Source: a virus
Lineage: Duplodnaviria > Caudoviricetes
Reading direction: 5' to 3' (one strand)
DNA: 31,099 bases
Virus record (IMG/VR): IMGVR_UViG_3300012953_000007
Coordinates: 1-31,099 of that record
Part shown: in pieces, positions 19,301 through 27,051 of the stretch
How the letters are laid out: each line of letters starts with the position of its first letter
Position numbering within the stretch: position 1 is the stretch's first letter
The notes under the pieces: model-generated
What the model saw: only the letters and a program-made list of their open reading frames with translations
Database searches by the model: none
Told to the model about the DNA's origin: nothing
Made by a program: the position numbers and the translations under genes

Positions 19301-19830
19301 CCGCCGATCGTTCTTATTTCACCCGCTAAATTAAAATCCCACGTTTCTTCGATTGCGTCACGTCCAAACGTTGCCGTTGCGGGTGCGTGTGGAAAAAAGT
19401 TTCCCGCCGTAAAATCTATATCACACAAATTCAATTCAGATAATGCGTTTACCCATTTGAAATTTTCACCATAAACATTGCATTCATACGACTTTGGTTT
19501 TCCTTGATATGTCGTTCCCTTGATTTGGAATTTTCCTTCTAAAACTTTTAATCCGTCAACAAAAATAAGCGCGTCCCAATCTTCAACATATTGAAATGAT
19601 TTGTAAATTGATTCCGAAAATAAATTAACTAAAATCGTATTGTTTTTCTTTGTTGCGGGAATTGAAAATGTTTTCGAAAATGATCCTTTTGATGAATTCG
19701 GATCTTGAACGTCTTTGATCGAATATGTCAACGCCAACGGGAAATCCGTTACTTTTTCCACGTCTAATGAATAACTTATTCGTCCCGTTTGTCGGATTAT
19801 GAATTCAATGTTTGGTAATAATTGAGCCAT
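16345..19830 (-). CDS. Large tail tip or baseplate hub protein, possible receptor-binding insert
   Basis: 1161 aa; N-terminal LTYSIKDV..GSFSKTFSIPAT..N typical of Bacteroidota siphovirus tail proteins; central Gly/Asn/Cys-rich insertion. Confidence 0.7.
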   Translation of the reverse strand: MAQLLPNIEFIIRQTGRISYSLDVEKVTDFPLALTYSIKDVQDPNSSKGSFSKTFSIPATKKNNTILVNLFSESIYKSFQYVEDWDALIFVDGLKVLEGKFQIKGTTYQGKPKSYECNVYGENFKWVNALSELNLCDIDFTAGNFFPHAPATATFGRDAIEETWDFNLAGEIRTIGGVQTQTHIVYPLVNTGQWNYTDSGNAIVTPSDMSPAFYFYNMIKCIFAAQGYTLDSEFFETDWFKRLISFLPKEDFINSEEVVEDYSFEYESTEQTAWKTPLHYNNTTSGTPNDCGGVIGNTFHGELSNLGVVCPTCDQQGLITTQNFSPYFNVTSPTNLTNLDSLDELTLAGWYWGCYGMGNSSPNRTTWLLDNPCGSGQRRMGHDFGCVPCDPFGGVTPLNTNNVQMNAATFQTSFLGTYIFNAEINMEMDNDYEETNPLVPNFDLPTSQGGMVQSQFTWGTGEGGSNMDCISGGSEPDGSFEDQRYGTTYVFNAYLVHYKASTGRHHLAATDSKRIYNNLNQGLSSWFCETYPLSNHSNLTAQLEFNAVALEILDPNDKVWIYTEVTCEKRDREESNYFLSDNILGLTQMKYRIKNSKFSGGIDTQLIDGGSIGLDQILPCDTTQLDWINGLTGLFNLMWESDEESKTIRVEPRGNFFNAADKAIDWTDKLDHGQDQTNEYIYDALKRNLCFTYENDSSDGFVEERNRRRGQQCELGSHALNLGELYVNEDQKIGSDFYAPTYMFYDKTISTNQGTFKQPFIPVIHSEYSAIWSANTNSQLPAKTNDYAPRILVWYGLQPLNQADGSTSNNRWRWGYDNNSNSPELKKEYPFGGVYCDQNGNLGGSVGVGAITYDNPSLYFEDSEINAVSTSPPYDISDGLYKMFWEYNILTLIDRPVILKAWFKLTQKDIATLDFRNLIHLEGKQSNTYWILNKITDYKCSANKLTQVELFEYHNTRPLKGQFQGINSGFGVNVTPVWTDNTPILVSGGVIKVPTKYIHTDLQINSPTKKPILVKGTQAMGLPQKQATFEDTNYFDDGTQVPVNANLPQSHNVGDNHNINTGSITIGKNINAQKSNQIIIGNGNNVKSPAQIQLSSNGKTSIAIKSDGIFREGGGGVVYYTDATTGEVKEVMTGIPINDPYNRSTKHYYTRVTKFDDDIEI

Positions 19831-19842
19831 TTTTTTTTGTTT

Positions 19843-21276
19843 TTAATAACGTGGATTTCGTTGTCCAATTGATTTTTCAAAATTAAATTTCAAAACTTGT
19901 AAATTGTTTTTTGATTCCGTTATTGTTATTGTTCCGCCGTCAATCTTTATTGGCATAAAATAATAAGGTTGTTCGAATGATTTGTAAGCCAAATCTGAAT
20001 CAACAACTTTGTCGTCTGCGGTAAACGCGACACGCAAATAAACATTTGTTGACATAAACATTTGCGCGAAATACTGCGCGTCTGTTTGATTCATTGGGTG
20101 TGTTGTAACCGAAAATTTTTCACGTTGGTAATTACTCCAATTCGAATCCCCGAAATCCATTGGATTTGTCCAACCAAAAAACCCCGTTGATTTTTCGAAT
20201 TGTTCAAATTTATTTTTTGTCTTCTTTTTGAATTCACCTTCACTTGTAATTAAATCGAATCCGCCTAAAATGTTTTTGAAACAAAATCTTAAGTAACCCG
20301 AATTTTTCTTACAACTACGATCAACAACAAATCGATATTCCGTTCCCGCTAATGTCCAATTTCCCGAATTATTACAAACGTGTAATTGAACACGATACGC
20401 GTTGACGTTTGCAAACTTATCGTTTGGATCGTTTCCTTCTGCGGCACTTGGTGTGAATCCGTTTTGTATATCCCTAAATCCAACTGCAATTGTTGTGAAA
20501 TCCCGTGATTCCAAAATATAAGTGTCGTGCGCTTGAAATGGTGATTGAAATTGTGTGTCGCCGTAAGTAAAAATTTCTAATTTGTATGTGTTCGATCCGT
20601 CGCAATTATCATACGGGGACGGCTTCGGAAAAAAATTCAATAAGTATTGTTCGTCTTTGTGGATCTTTACGTTTGATCTTCTTAATCCATTATTGATTCG
20701 TTTGATTGGGTAATTTGTCAACCAACGTTTGCACGACGCTTGATTGTCCCAATTCATTTCCAAAAAATCAAAAATTGATCCGCTTGTTCCATTTGAACTA
20801 ACGGCTTGTGTTAAAAAATTTGTTTCGGGACAACCTTCGTGAACATAAAACCAATTTGAATCTTTTGTTGATGTTTCTAAAACAATCAATCCCGTTGTTG
20901 CGTCCAAATACTCACGTTGAAATTTGACACGAACTTTCCACGTTGCAATGTCCGTCCAATTCTTCAAATAATTAAGCGTTCCCGCGTTGCTACCTAATCG
21001 AACATTGTTTGGCATATCGTTTAACGTGTATTTCGTTAACGAATTAAAAATTTCAGACGCGTCAAAATTAAAATAATCGGCATTCGTTAAACTTGGCGCA
21101 AGAATGAATTTTCCTTTCATTTGAACTTCTGCGCTTGTTGCATTATTCCAATACCAACACGACGCAATTATGTTTGTTGTTGAAACGTCATTATTGTAAA
21201 CCGACAAACGTAATGGAATTAATGTTGAACACATACGATTGTTTGATGGTTGTTGTGTTATGTTGTAAACCGCCAT
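19843..21276 (-). CDS. Putative minor tail or distal tail protein
   Basis: 477 aa, beta-rich; C-terminal FKNILGGFD motif; precedes the tail tip gene. Confidence 0.6.
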   Translation of the reverse strand: MAVYNITQQPSNNRMCSTLIPLRLSVYNNDVSTTNIIASCWYWNNATSAEVQMKGKFILAPSLTNADYFNFDASEIFNSLTKYTLNDMPNNVRLGSNAGTLNYLKNWTDIATWKVRVKFQREYLDATTGLIVLETSTKDSNWFYVHEGCPETNFLTQAVSSNGTSGSIFDFLEMNWDNQASCKRWLTNYPIKRINNGLRRSNVKIHKDEQYLLNFFPKPSPYDNCDGSNTYKLEIFTYGDTQFQSPFQAHDTYILESRDFTTIAVGFRDIQNGFTPSAAEGNDPNDKFANVNAYRVQLHVCNNSGNWTLAGTEYRFVVDRSCKKNSGYLRFCFKNILGGFDLITSEGEFKKKTKNKFEQFEKSTGFFGWTNPMDFGDSNWSNYQREKFSVTTHPMNQTDAQYFAQMFMSTNVYLRVAFTADDKVVDSDLAYKSFEQPYYFMPIKIDGGTITITESKNNLQVLKFNFEKSIGQRNPRY

Positions 21277-21294
21277 ATTCTAATTTTTTTATTA

Positions 21295-21825
21295 CTAAAC
21301 TATTATTTCAAAATTATTCGGGATCTTGTCCGATATTATCTTCAACACTTCCGATTCATAAACTTTTGAAATCTTCTTTAATTGATCATTAATTTTTGGT
21401 TGTGATTTTCTAACAAATCCCAATTTTTGTTTGTCCATTGGATTTCCTAATCCATAACCGCCACGTGATGTTGATGTTTGTTTTGTTGCAATTGCAAACG
21501 CAATCCCACGAACAACGTCATTATCACTTGCAATCCCTTTAACCTTGATCCAATTAATTAACCCGTCAATGTATTGTGAATTTGCCGCGCCCGATCTTGT
21601 TTTTGCGTCAAATGGTATTTTTCCCGCTTCAACTCCATATTCCACAACACGCCAATAATCCAATGCCATAATTCGTAATTCAAATCCAAATTCACCCAAT
21701 GGCGAAATTTGATGTGTCAATGAATTAATTAATGATCCCGACGCGTTACGTTTTAACGCGATCAATTCATTACCCAATGTCACTTGAATATCCGTTGCAA
21801 TTTTATTGATTGGGCTTAAATTCAT
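21295..21825 (-). CDS. Putative neck or tail completion protein (HK97 gp10-like)
   Basis: NASGSLINSL..YWRVVEYG..WIKVKGI..AFAIA motif pattern. Confidence 0.6.
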   Translation of the reverse strand: MNLSPINKIATDIQVTLGNELIALKRNASGSLINSLTHQISPLGEFGFELRIMALDYWRVVEYGVEAGKIPFDAKTRSGAANSQYIDGLINWIKVKGIASDNDVVRGIAFAIATKQTSTSRGGYGLGNPMDKQKLGFVRKSQPKINDQLKKISKVYESEVLKIISDKIPNNFEIIV

Positions 21826-21834
21826 TTTTCTTTT

Positions 21835-22308
21835 TTATGATGTTGCTTCACAATAACGATAAAAATTAAAACCGAACGTTACTTTTAACGCTAACAATCG
21901 ATCGTTTGACGCTTCTTTTAATCTTGTAATTTGAACGGGTGATGTCATTATAAATTCTACGCCGTCCGCTTCAAATAAGTTAAACCAATCAATAAACCAA
22001 TACAAAACGGAATCTTCCATTGTGTCCCAAAATTCAAGAATTGCCAAATCGTCCGTTACGTTATATCGTGACGGCAAATTATTGTAAACAACAAATGTCC
22101 AATTTGAATCGACGGCAAATGTATGTTTGTTAAAATTTTCCGCTTTCATTGTGCATTGTGGCGGATTCATAACCATTAACGGCAATGTCTTTGAATGTAT
22201 GTTGTCAACGTCTTGTGGTTGTCCAAAATAATATGTTCCACCCGTTGCATTAATCCAACTTCCTTTCATTCGATCAACGATTTGATTTGTCTTTTTTATT
22301 ACACTCAT
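21835..22308 (-). CDS. Putative tail terminator
   Basis: 157 aa alpha/beta protein; call rests on size and position. Confidence 0.45.
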   Translation of the reverse strand: MSVIKKTNQIVDRMKGSWINATGGTYYFGQPQDVDNIHSKTLPLMVMNPPQCTMKAENFNKHTFAVDSNWTFVVYNNLPSRYNVTDDLAILEFWDTMEDSVLYWFIDWFNLFEADGVEFIMTSPVQITRLKEASNDRLLALKVTFGFNFYRYCEATS

Positions 22309-22311
22309 TTT

Positions 22312-22642
22312 TTATCTTTTAGTTTTACGCGCATTTGCTTTTTGTCTTGCTTCGCCTTGCATTGATTTTTTGACTTCAACTTCATATTCGTTTCGTGCCG
22401 CCGCCCAACTTACATAAGTAAAAACAACATAAAGATTTGTCATTCTAACCGAATCAATTGCACTTTCATTTTGTGCGGTGAACAATCCCGATTTTGCGAC
22501 GTCATACAATGTATTGAGCCAACCATAAGGTTTCATAATTTCGAAATGTTTTGTTGCGTGTCTATTATCGTTTCGTTGTCCTTCTTTGAAAACATTTGGG
22601 TATGTTTCTTGTAAGTGTTTATTTGTAGATTCAAAAAAAAAA
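22312..22642 (-). CDS. Frameshift extension (gpT-like) of the tail assembly chaperone
   Basis: ORF in the -1 frame overlapping 22533-23252 and opening just before a T10 run; only a TTG start upstream of the run. Confidence 0.7.
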
Positions 22643-23252
22643 CAAATTGCCAAACAATGTCCATTGTTAAATTCCCAAACATTTTCTTTTTCTTCTTCAC
22701 TTTGTCTTCGTCGTATTCTTCGCCTTGTTCACGACAAAGAATCGCCATTTGTTCCGCGATCACCCCCATTTTTCCCGCTTTGTTTTGTGCGCTCAACATA
22801 TCTAATTGCGCCGCTTCTATAAAATCACCAAACGTTGATGTTTCCATTTTAGCAACGGGAAAAAAGTATTTTTTACCTTTATATTCGAATGAACTTCTTT
22901 TTCCTTCTTCAATTCTTTTTTCATTATCTGCATTCAAAAAATTTGTCATTAATTGCAATGTTTCGCCCATTTCTTTTGCGTCAACTTTTGCGATAATTGA
23001 TTTGTCAATTCCCGTCAATTCCGCAAAAACTTTTTGATTCAACTTGATGTTGTGCAAACTTTTTTCCGCGTCCAATGCTTTTTGTTGATCTTCCGTCCAA
23101 TCAACGTTTCCGATTGAATCTTGGTAATTTGATAAATCTTCAAATTTGTTTTCATTGATTATGGAATATAATTTTGAATAATCATTCAAATTGATTTCAC
23201 CCCAATTTTCGGGAATCTTACATTTTTCGTTTCCTATTGTTAAATTGATCAT
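22533..23252 (-). CDS. Putative tail assembly chaperone (gpG-like)
   Basis: IPENWGEINL and TFGDFIEA repeated sub-domain; ends ...VWQFVFFL over the slippery run. Confidence 0.6.
   Translation of the reverse strand: MINLTIGNEKCKIPENWGEINLNDYSKLYSIINENKFEDLSNYQDSIGNVDWTEDQQKALDAEKSLHNIKLNQKVFAELTGIDKSIIAKVDAKEMGETLQLMTNFLNADNEKRIEEGKRSSFEYKGKKYFFPVAKMETSTFGDFIEAAQLDMLSAQNKAGKMGVIAEQMAILCREQGEEYDEDKVKKKKKMFGNLTMDIVWQFVFFLNLQINTYKKHTQMFSKKDNETIIDTQQNISKL
22633..22642 (-). other. Predicted -1 programmed frameshift site (T10)
   Basis: Minus TGG CAA TTT GTT TTT TTT TTG contains an X XXY YYZ heptamer at the ORF overlap. Confidence 0.65.
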
Positions 23253-23671
23253 TTTTGTTTTTTTTGTGGTTGTGTTATTTTCTTAATTTGTTTTTCAATT
23301 GAAAAATTATGTTTGTTCAACATTGATTCCAAATCATTAATTGTTTTTGAAATCGTATGGAACAATTCTTCCGTTTCTTTATTGATATGATCTTCGTTTT
23401 GTTGATTCTTTAATCCCGCCGCAAATCCAATTCCCGCGAATAACAAATAATTCGGAAACATAAAAACCCATTCCGATTCTTCGATTTCTGAATTTTGTAA
23501 TTCATTTCCAATGTTGTTATGTAATTGTTCGGCGTTACTTAACACGGGTTTGAAATGTCTGAATGATTGCCAATTTTCTTCTTCCGTTATCCTATAAACA
23601 AAACCTTCGATTTCTTTTTTGAAACCTTTAATGATTTTTTCGTGTTCTTTGTTTAACGTTTTAATTTCCAT
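23249..23671 (-). CDS. Hypothetical protein (140 aa)
   Basis: Start moved to ATG 23671, 6 nt after a -7 element; ATGA coupling to the next gene. Confidence 0.75.
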   Translation of the reverse strand: MEIKTLNKEHEKIIKGFKKEIEGFVYRITEEENWQSFRHFKPVLSNAEQLHNNIGNELQNSEIEESEWVFMFPNYLLFAGIGFAAGLKNQQNEDHINKETEELFHTISKTINDLESMLNKHNFSIEKQIKKITQPQKKQK

Positions 23672-23677
23672 TTGTTG

Positions 23678-23698
23678 CAAAAATAAAAAATTGTTTCA
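23678..23698 (-). promoter_or_regulatory. Putative tail-operon promoter
   Basis: Minus TGAAACAATTTTT-TATTTTTG, same spacing as the amidase promoter. Confidence 0.55.
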
Positions 23699-23719
23699 TA
23701 TCAACGTCGCAATTTTAAG

Positions 23720-25027
23720 TTAACCGAAATACACGACACGCGATTTTTTTAATTCGAAGAAATAACGCATAATCAACGCGTCCGCAATATCGGGTGAACG
23801 TCCCAACAATTGTTTGATTTTGTCTTTTGGCGTAATTGATAATTTGTTGTCTTTGTCAATGTCGTGTTGTTTAACCATTTCAAATTCCATAATGATTTTG
23901 TTTCGCAATTCTTGATCATTTGTGTTAATGAAAATTTGTCCATTCATTACACGTTGCGCGAATTTGTAATAACATTGCGTTTTTAAGTTTTTGAAATTTT
24001 CATTGTCCAATGCTTTTGAATTATTGACAAACGATTTGCAACCCTTCAACATATCAACAAACCCACCGCCCACGCCGTCCGAATCCGCCACAATGTTTGA
24101 TCGTTGAACGTTGTTGTCTTTTGCTATCTGATCCACGATTGTTGCCAATTCGTCAATTGAATTTTTCGCGATTGTTTTAATTTTTTCACACCGCCAATCA
24201 TTCCACAAACAAACAACGGATTGATCCCGCCCATAACGTGCAACGTCAACCGAAATAAATTTTTGTCCCACTCCCGAAACAAAATCATTGGTGAACATAT
24301 CATTCAACGCGTCAATGGAAAACAATTGTGTGTCGTCGTCGCTATATTCCCAATCGCCGAACAACAAACGTTTTTGTGATAACACGTCCAATTGTTGTAA
24401 TTGCTTAATGTAATGTTTTGAAATGTTTGGATTGTCCGTTACTAATGATTGAACAAATTGTTTGTTTTCGTCCAATGTTCCGTCCTTAAATTTTTTGTAA
24501 AACTCTGAATAGATCCAACCTTTCGACGGATTGCACGTCATTAATAATTTTGGTTTCAATCCGTGTTGATCTAAATTGAAACGCATTCGTGATTGAATGA
24601 CATTGTATGCGGTTGTTGTGATTTCGGTTGCTTCGTCAATGAACGCGCCCGTTATTTCCATTGATCCCAACGAATCAAAATTTGGATCGGACGGGTAATG
24701 GAATAAATCTTTTAATAAAATTTCGGATTCTGAATTGTGCAACGTGATTAATGATTTCGTTTCGTTATATGTGAAATCTACATTTGCCGTCAATCCTTGC
24801 ATTGAACAAACTTCGAACAATGATCGCAATGTTGTTTCCTTCAAATTCTTCAATCGTGATCGTCCAATGACATAACGTGTTTTCGGGTATTTCAAACATT
24901 GTTTTAATACCCAATACGCACCCAACATTGATTTTCCACCCCCCGCGCCGCCACCATACAACACGACGTTTGTTTTGTCGTCTTCTAAAAAATCAATTGC
25001 CGTCGTTTGTTTTACTGATAATTTCAT
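23720..25027 (-). CDS. terL: Terminase large subunit
   Basis: Walker A YGGGAGGGKS, Walker B FIDEA, motif III TCNP, nuclease SVDVARYGRD and RSPDIADAL. Confidence 0.96.
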   Translation of the reverse strand: MKLSVKQTTAIDFLEDDKTNVVLYGGGAGGGKSMLGAYWVLKQCLKYPKTRYVIGRSRLKNLKETTLRSLFEVCSMQGLTANVDFTYNETKSLITLHNSESEILLKDLFHYPSDPNFDSLGSMEITGAFIDEATEITTTAYNVIQSRMRFNLDQHGLKPKLLMTCNPSKGWIYSEFYKKFKDGTLDENKQFVQSLVTDNPNISKHYIKQLQQLDVLSQKRLLFGDWEYSDDDTQLFSIDALNDMFTNDFVSGVGQKFISVDVARYGRDQSVVCLWNDWRCEKIKTIAKNSIDELATIVDQIAKDNNVQRSNIVADSDGVGGGFVDMLKGCKSFVNNSKALDNENFKNLKTQCYYKFAQRVMNGQIFINTNDQELRNKIIMEFEMVKQHDIDKDNKLSITPKDKIKQLLGRSPDIADALIMRYFFELKKSRVVYFG

Positions 25028-25397
25028 TCGTTAGATATGTTTTTTCTTCATTCCAATTGATCGGTTTTCCGTCTTGTCCCGTCAATTCTTGGCGTTCAAC
25101 ATATCCACGTGATTTGCCTTTAGTTTTCAAATAAAACAAAATACACGGAACGTTTCCGTCTTTAATTTGTTTCCACAATTCGGATTCACAAATGTCGATT
25201 GCCACTTCCGTAATATCGTCAACCGCTTGTTTGAATTTTTCGTCTTCGTTGTAATAACGATAAAATGTTGATCGACTACATTTTCCAAAATGACACGCCA
25301 ACGTGACGTTTCCCATATTTTGTTCCAAATGTTGCAATAACGCGTCTTTTGTTATTGTTGTTCGTTTCTGATCCGTCTTTTTTTTAGATTGTCCCAT
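24993..25397 (-). CDS. terS: Terminase small subunit
   Basis: HTH GNVTLAC..CSRSTFYRY, ILFYLKTKGKSRGYVER, C-terminal ELTGQDGKPI; directly upstream of terL. Confidence 0.85.
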   Translation of the reverse strand: MGQSKKKTDQKRTTITKDALLQHLEQNMGNVTLACHFGKCSRSTFYRYYNEDEKFKQAVDDITEVAIDICESELWKQIKDGNVPCILFYLKTKGKSRGYVERQELTGQDGKPINWNEEKTYLTNEIISKTNDGN

Positions 25398-25477
25398 TTT
25401 GTTTCATTTTGGTTTTTATTCTATATCACAAAAATAATAAATTAATTCAAATTTGTTTCACAAAATAAAGAAATTTG

Positions 25478-25795
25478 TTATTGTGTTTTTTTGTCGTCTA
25501 TGTCCCAACCTTCAAAATTATATCCGCCTAATGACGCGATCGGAACGTTTAACGCTTCAACCATTGCGAATTCGAATATCTTTGATTTGTTGTCATAACC
25601 TAAAACGTCCCCCCAATTATCACACAATTGTTCCCACATTTCGAATGTTTCTTTTGACACTTTTAATGTAATCACCTTATCGAATTTTTCTTTTGAATGA
25701 TCCTTTGTTTTGTCTTCATTCAAATAATCGTTTAATGATTCGTATTGTGTGAAATCGTCTTTTGGTTTGTATTTGTCTAATTCTTTATTGCTCAT
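25478..25795 (-). CDS. Putative ribbon-helix-helix DNA-binding protein (105 aa)
   Basis: KVITLKVSKETFEMWEQLC..NKSKIFEFAMVEAL; start moved to ATG 25795, downstream of the terminator. Confidence 0.55.
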   Translation of the reverse strand: MSNKELDKYKPKDDFTQYESLNDYLNEDKTKDHSKEKFDKVITLKVSKETFEMWEQLCDNWGDVLGYDNKSKIFEFAMVEALNVPIASLGGYNFEGWDIDDKKTQ

Positions 25796-25812
25796 TTGTT
25801 TTTTGTTTATAT

Positions 25813-25847
25813 AAAAAAAGAATGGGCGGCAACCACGCCACCCATTC
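25813..25847 (-). terminator. Rho-independent terminator
   Basis: Minus GAATGGGTGGC-GTGGTT-GCCGCCCATTC-TTTTTTT. Confidence 0.85.
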
Positions 25848-25894
25848 AACCAAAAAAAACCAACGATCGGGAAAACAAACAAAACGATCGTCAA
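25813..25894 (-). ncRNA. Candidate antisense small RNA complementary to early-gene leaders
   Basis: 5' hairpin (ACGATCG/CGATCGT, loop UUUUGUUUGUUUUCC), linker UUGGUUUUUUUUGGUUG, then a terminator; both U-rich parts match early leaders. Confidence 0.6.
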
Positions 25895-25948
25895 TTGTAG
25901 AAATGTAATAATACGTTTGTTTTTCCATTGTGTATCGCAATTGTGCGA

Positions 25949-26272
25949 TTAATTCTTTTTTAACTTATCTTTTGGAATCAACATTTTTGGATTGATTGTC
26001 TTTTTCGCTTTTTCTGCATTTTCTTTTTTTAATGCGTTTTGAACTTTACCCATATTCGCAAATAATTGATTCAATCTTTGTTGTCTTATAAATTCAATTT
26101 CCATTAATGTTAAACCTATGTTGTCCGATCCATTTTCTTTTTCAAATGTGTTGATCATATTTCGACAACCCTTTAATTGTTCCGCGCTTCGTGAACTCCA
26201 AATCACTTTCATAATATGCAACATTTGATCACGTGGTGACAATGTTTGTTTACTCTTATTTTCTTTTTTCAT
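25949..26272 (-). CDS. Hypothetical protein (107 aa)
   Basis: ORF track; co-oriented and overlapping the upstream gene. Confidence 0.75.
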   Translation of the reverse strand: MKKENKSKQTLSPRDQMLHIMKVIWSSRSAEQLKGCRNMINTFEKENGSDNIGLTLMEIEFIRQQRLNQLFANMGKVQNALKKENAEKAKKTINPKMLIPKDKLKKN

Positions 26273-26660
26273 TTTTCGTTTTTTTAGTTTTATAAATTGG
26301 GATCACTTTTGTTTCTTCTTGATCCATTATTGTTGTCGTGTGTTTTGTGTCCAATAACATTTCGGCGACACGTTCCAATGTTTGCGTGTTGTATTGATTT
26401 TCGCCCAAATCCACCCAATCCATTAATTCAAAAACTTGTGGATTTTGATTTTCTATTACTTCGGATCTTAACAAATCAATTAATTTGTCTTTGTCGTGAT
26501 TTGATGTAACCAACAACCATTGATGAAACGCGATTGGATTTTCTATTATAAACGAACAATGTTCCAAACACGCGCGGCATTCGTCCGTGTTTTCATAAAT
26601 TTTTGCGCCACAACAATTTGAAATTACGTTTTGTCTATATTCGGGTTGTATTATTTCCAT
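26256..26660 (-). CDS. Hypothetical protein with N-terminal zinc-finger-like motif
   Basis: SNCCGA..ECRACLEHC. Confidence 0.75.
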   Translation of the reverse strand: MEIIQPEYRQNVISNCCGAKIYENTDECRACLEHCSFIIENPIAFHQWLLVTSNHDKDKLIDLLRSEVIENQNPQVFELMDWVDLGENQYNTQTLERVAEMLLDTKHTTTIMDQEETKVIPIYKTKKTKNEKRK

Positions 26661-26661
26661 A

Positions 26662-27051
26662 TTAATTGAATGTTATTGTTATTTCTTTTAATTCGAAATC
26701 AACGTCAACGCTTGAAATAATGAATTGATCCGATTTTGTTGTTTCGGTTTTTATTTCGAAATCCTTTATTGCTTCCGTAATGTCAAATTCTTTTTCTTCT
26801 GAATCTTCTTGTTTTTCGTCTTTGTAAAGATCGATCGTCAATTCCATAATGACTTTCGTTGCATACACTCCGAAATCCTTAATTCCAAATGATCGCGCTT
26901 CAATATAAAATTCCCAATCAATTTTTGCATACGCCGTGATCCAATCAATTTGGAAAACTTCAAAATCAAATTCTTTTTTCAAAAATTCTTTTGTTCCGTG
27001 AAAATCAAAATCTATGTAATCACATTCCGTTGTTGATGTAGTAAAATTCAT
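26662..27051 (-). CDS. Acidic hypothetical early protein (129 aa)
   Basis: ORF track; ATGA coupling with the upstream gene. Confidence 0.75.
   Translation of the reverse strand: MNFTTSTTECDYIDFDFHGTKEFLKKEFDFEVFQIDWITAYAKIDWEFYIEARSFGIKDFGVYATKVIMELTIDLYKDEKQEDSEEKEFDITEAIKDFEIKTETTKSDQFIISSVDVDFELKEITITFN

Noticed and set aside
25796-25894. N-terminal extension MTIVLFVFPIVGFFWLNGWRG of ORF 25478-25894
   Set aside because: It has a TTG start and runs through a strong terminator; the hydrophobicity merely reflects U-rich RNA.
25891-25927. 12-codon ORF MEKTNVLLHFYN just upstream of the sRNA candidate
   Set aside because: Too short to support, and it overlaps the putative -7 element; a leader-peptide role cannot be excluded.
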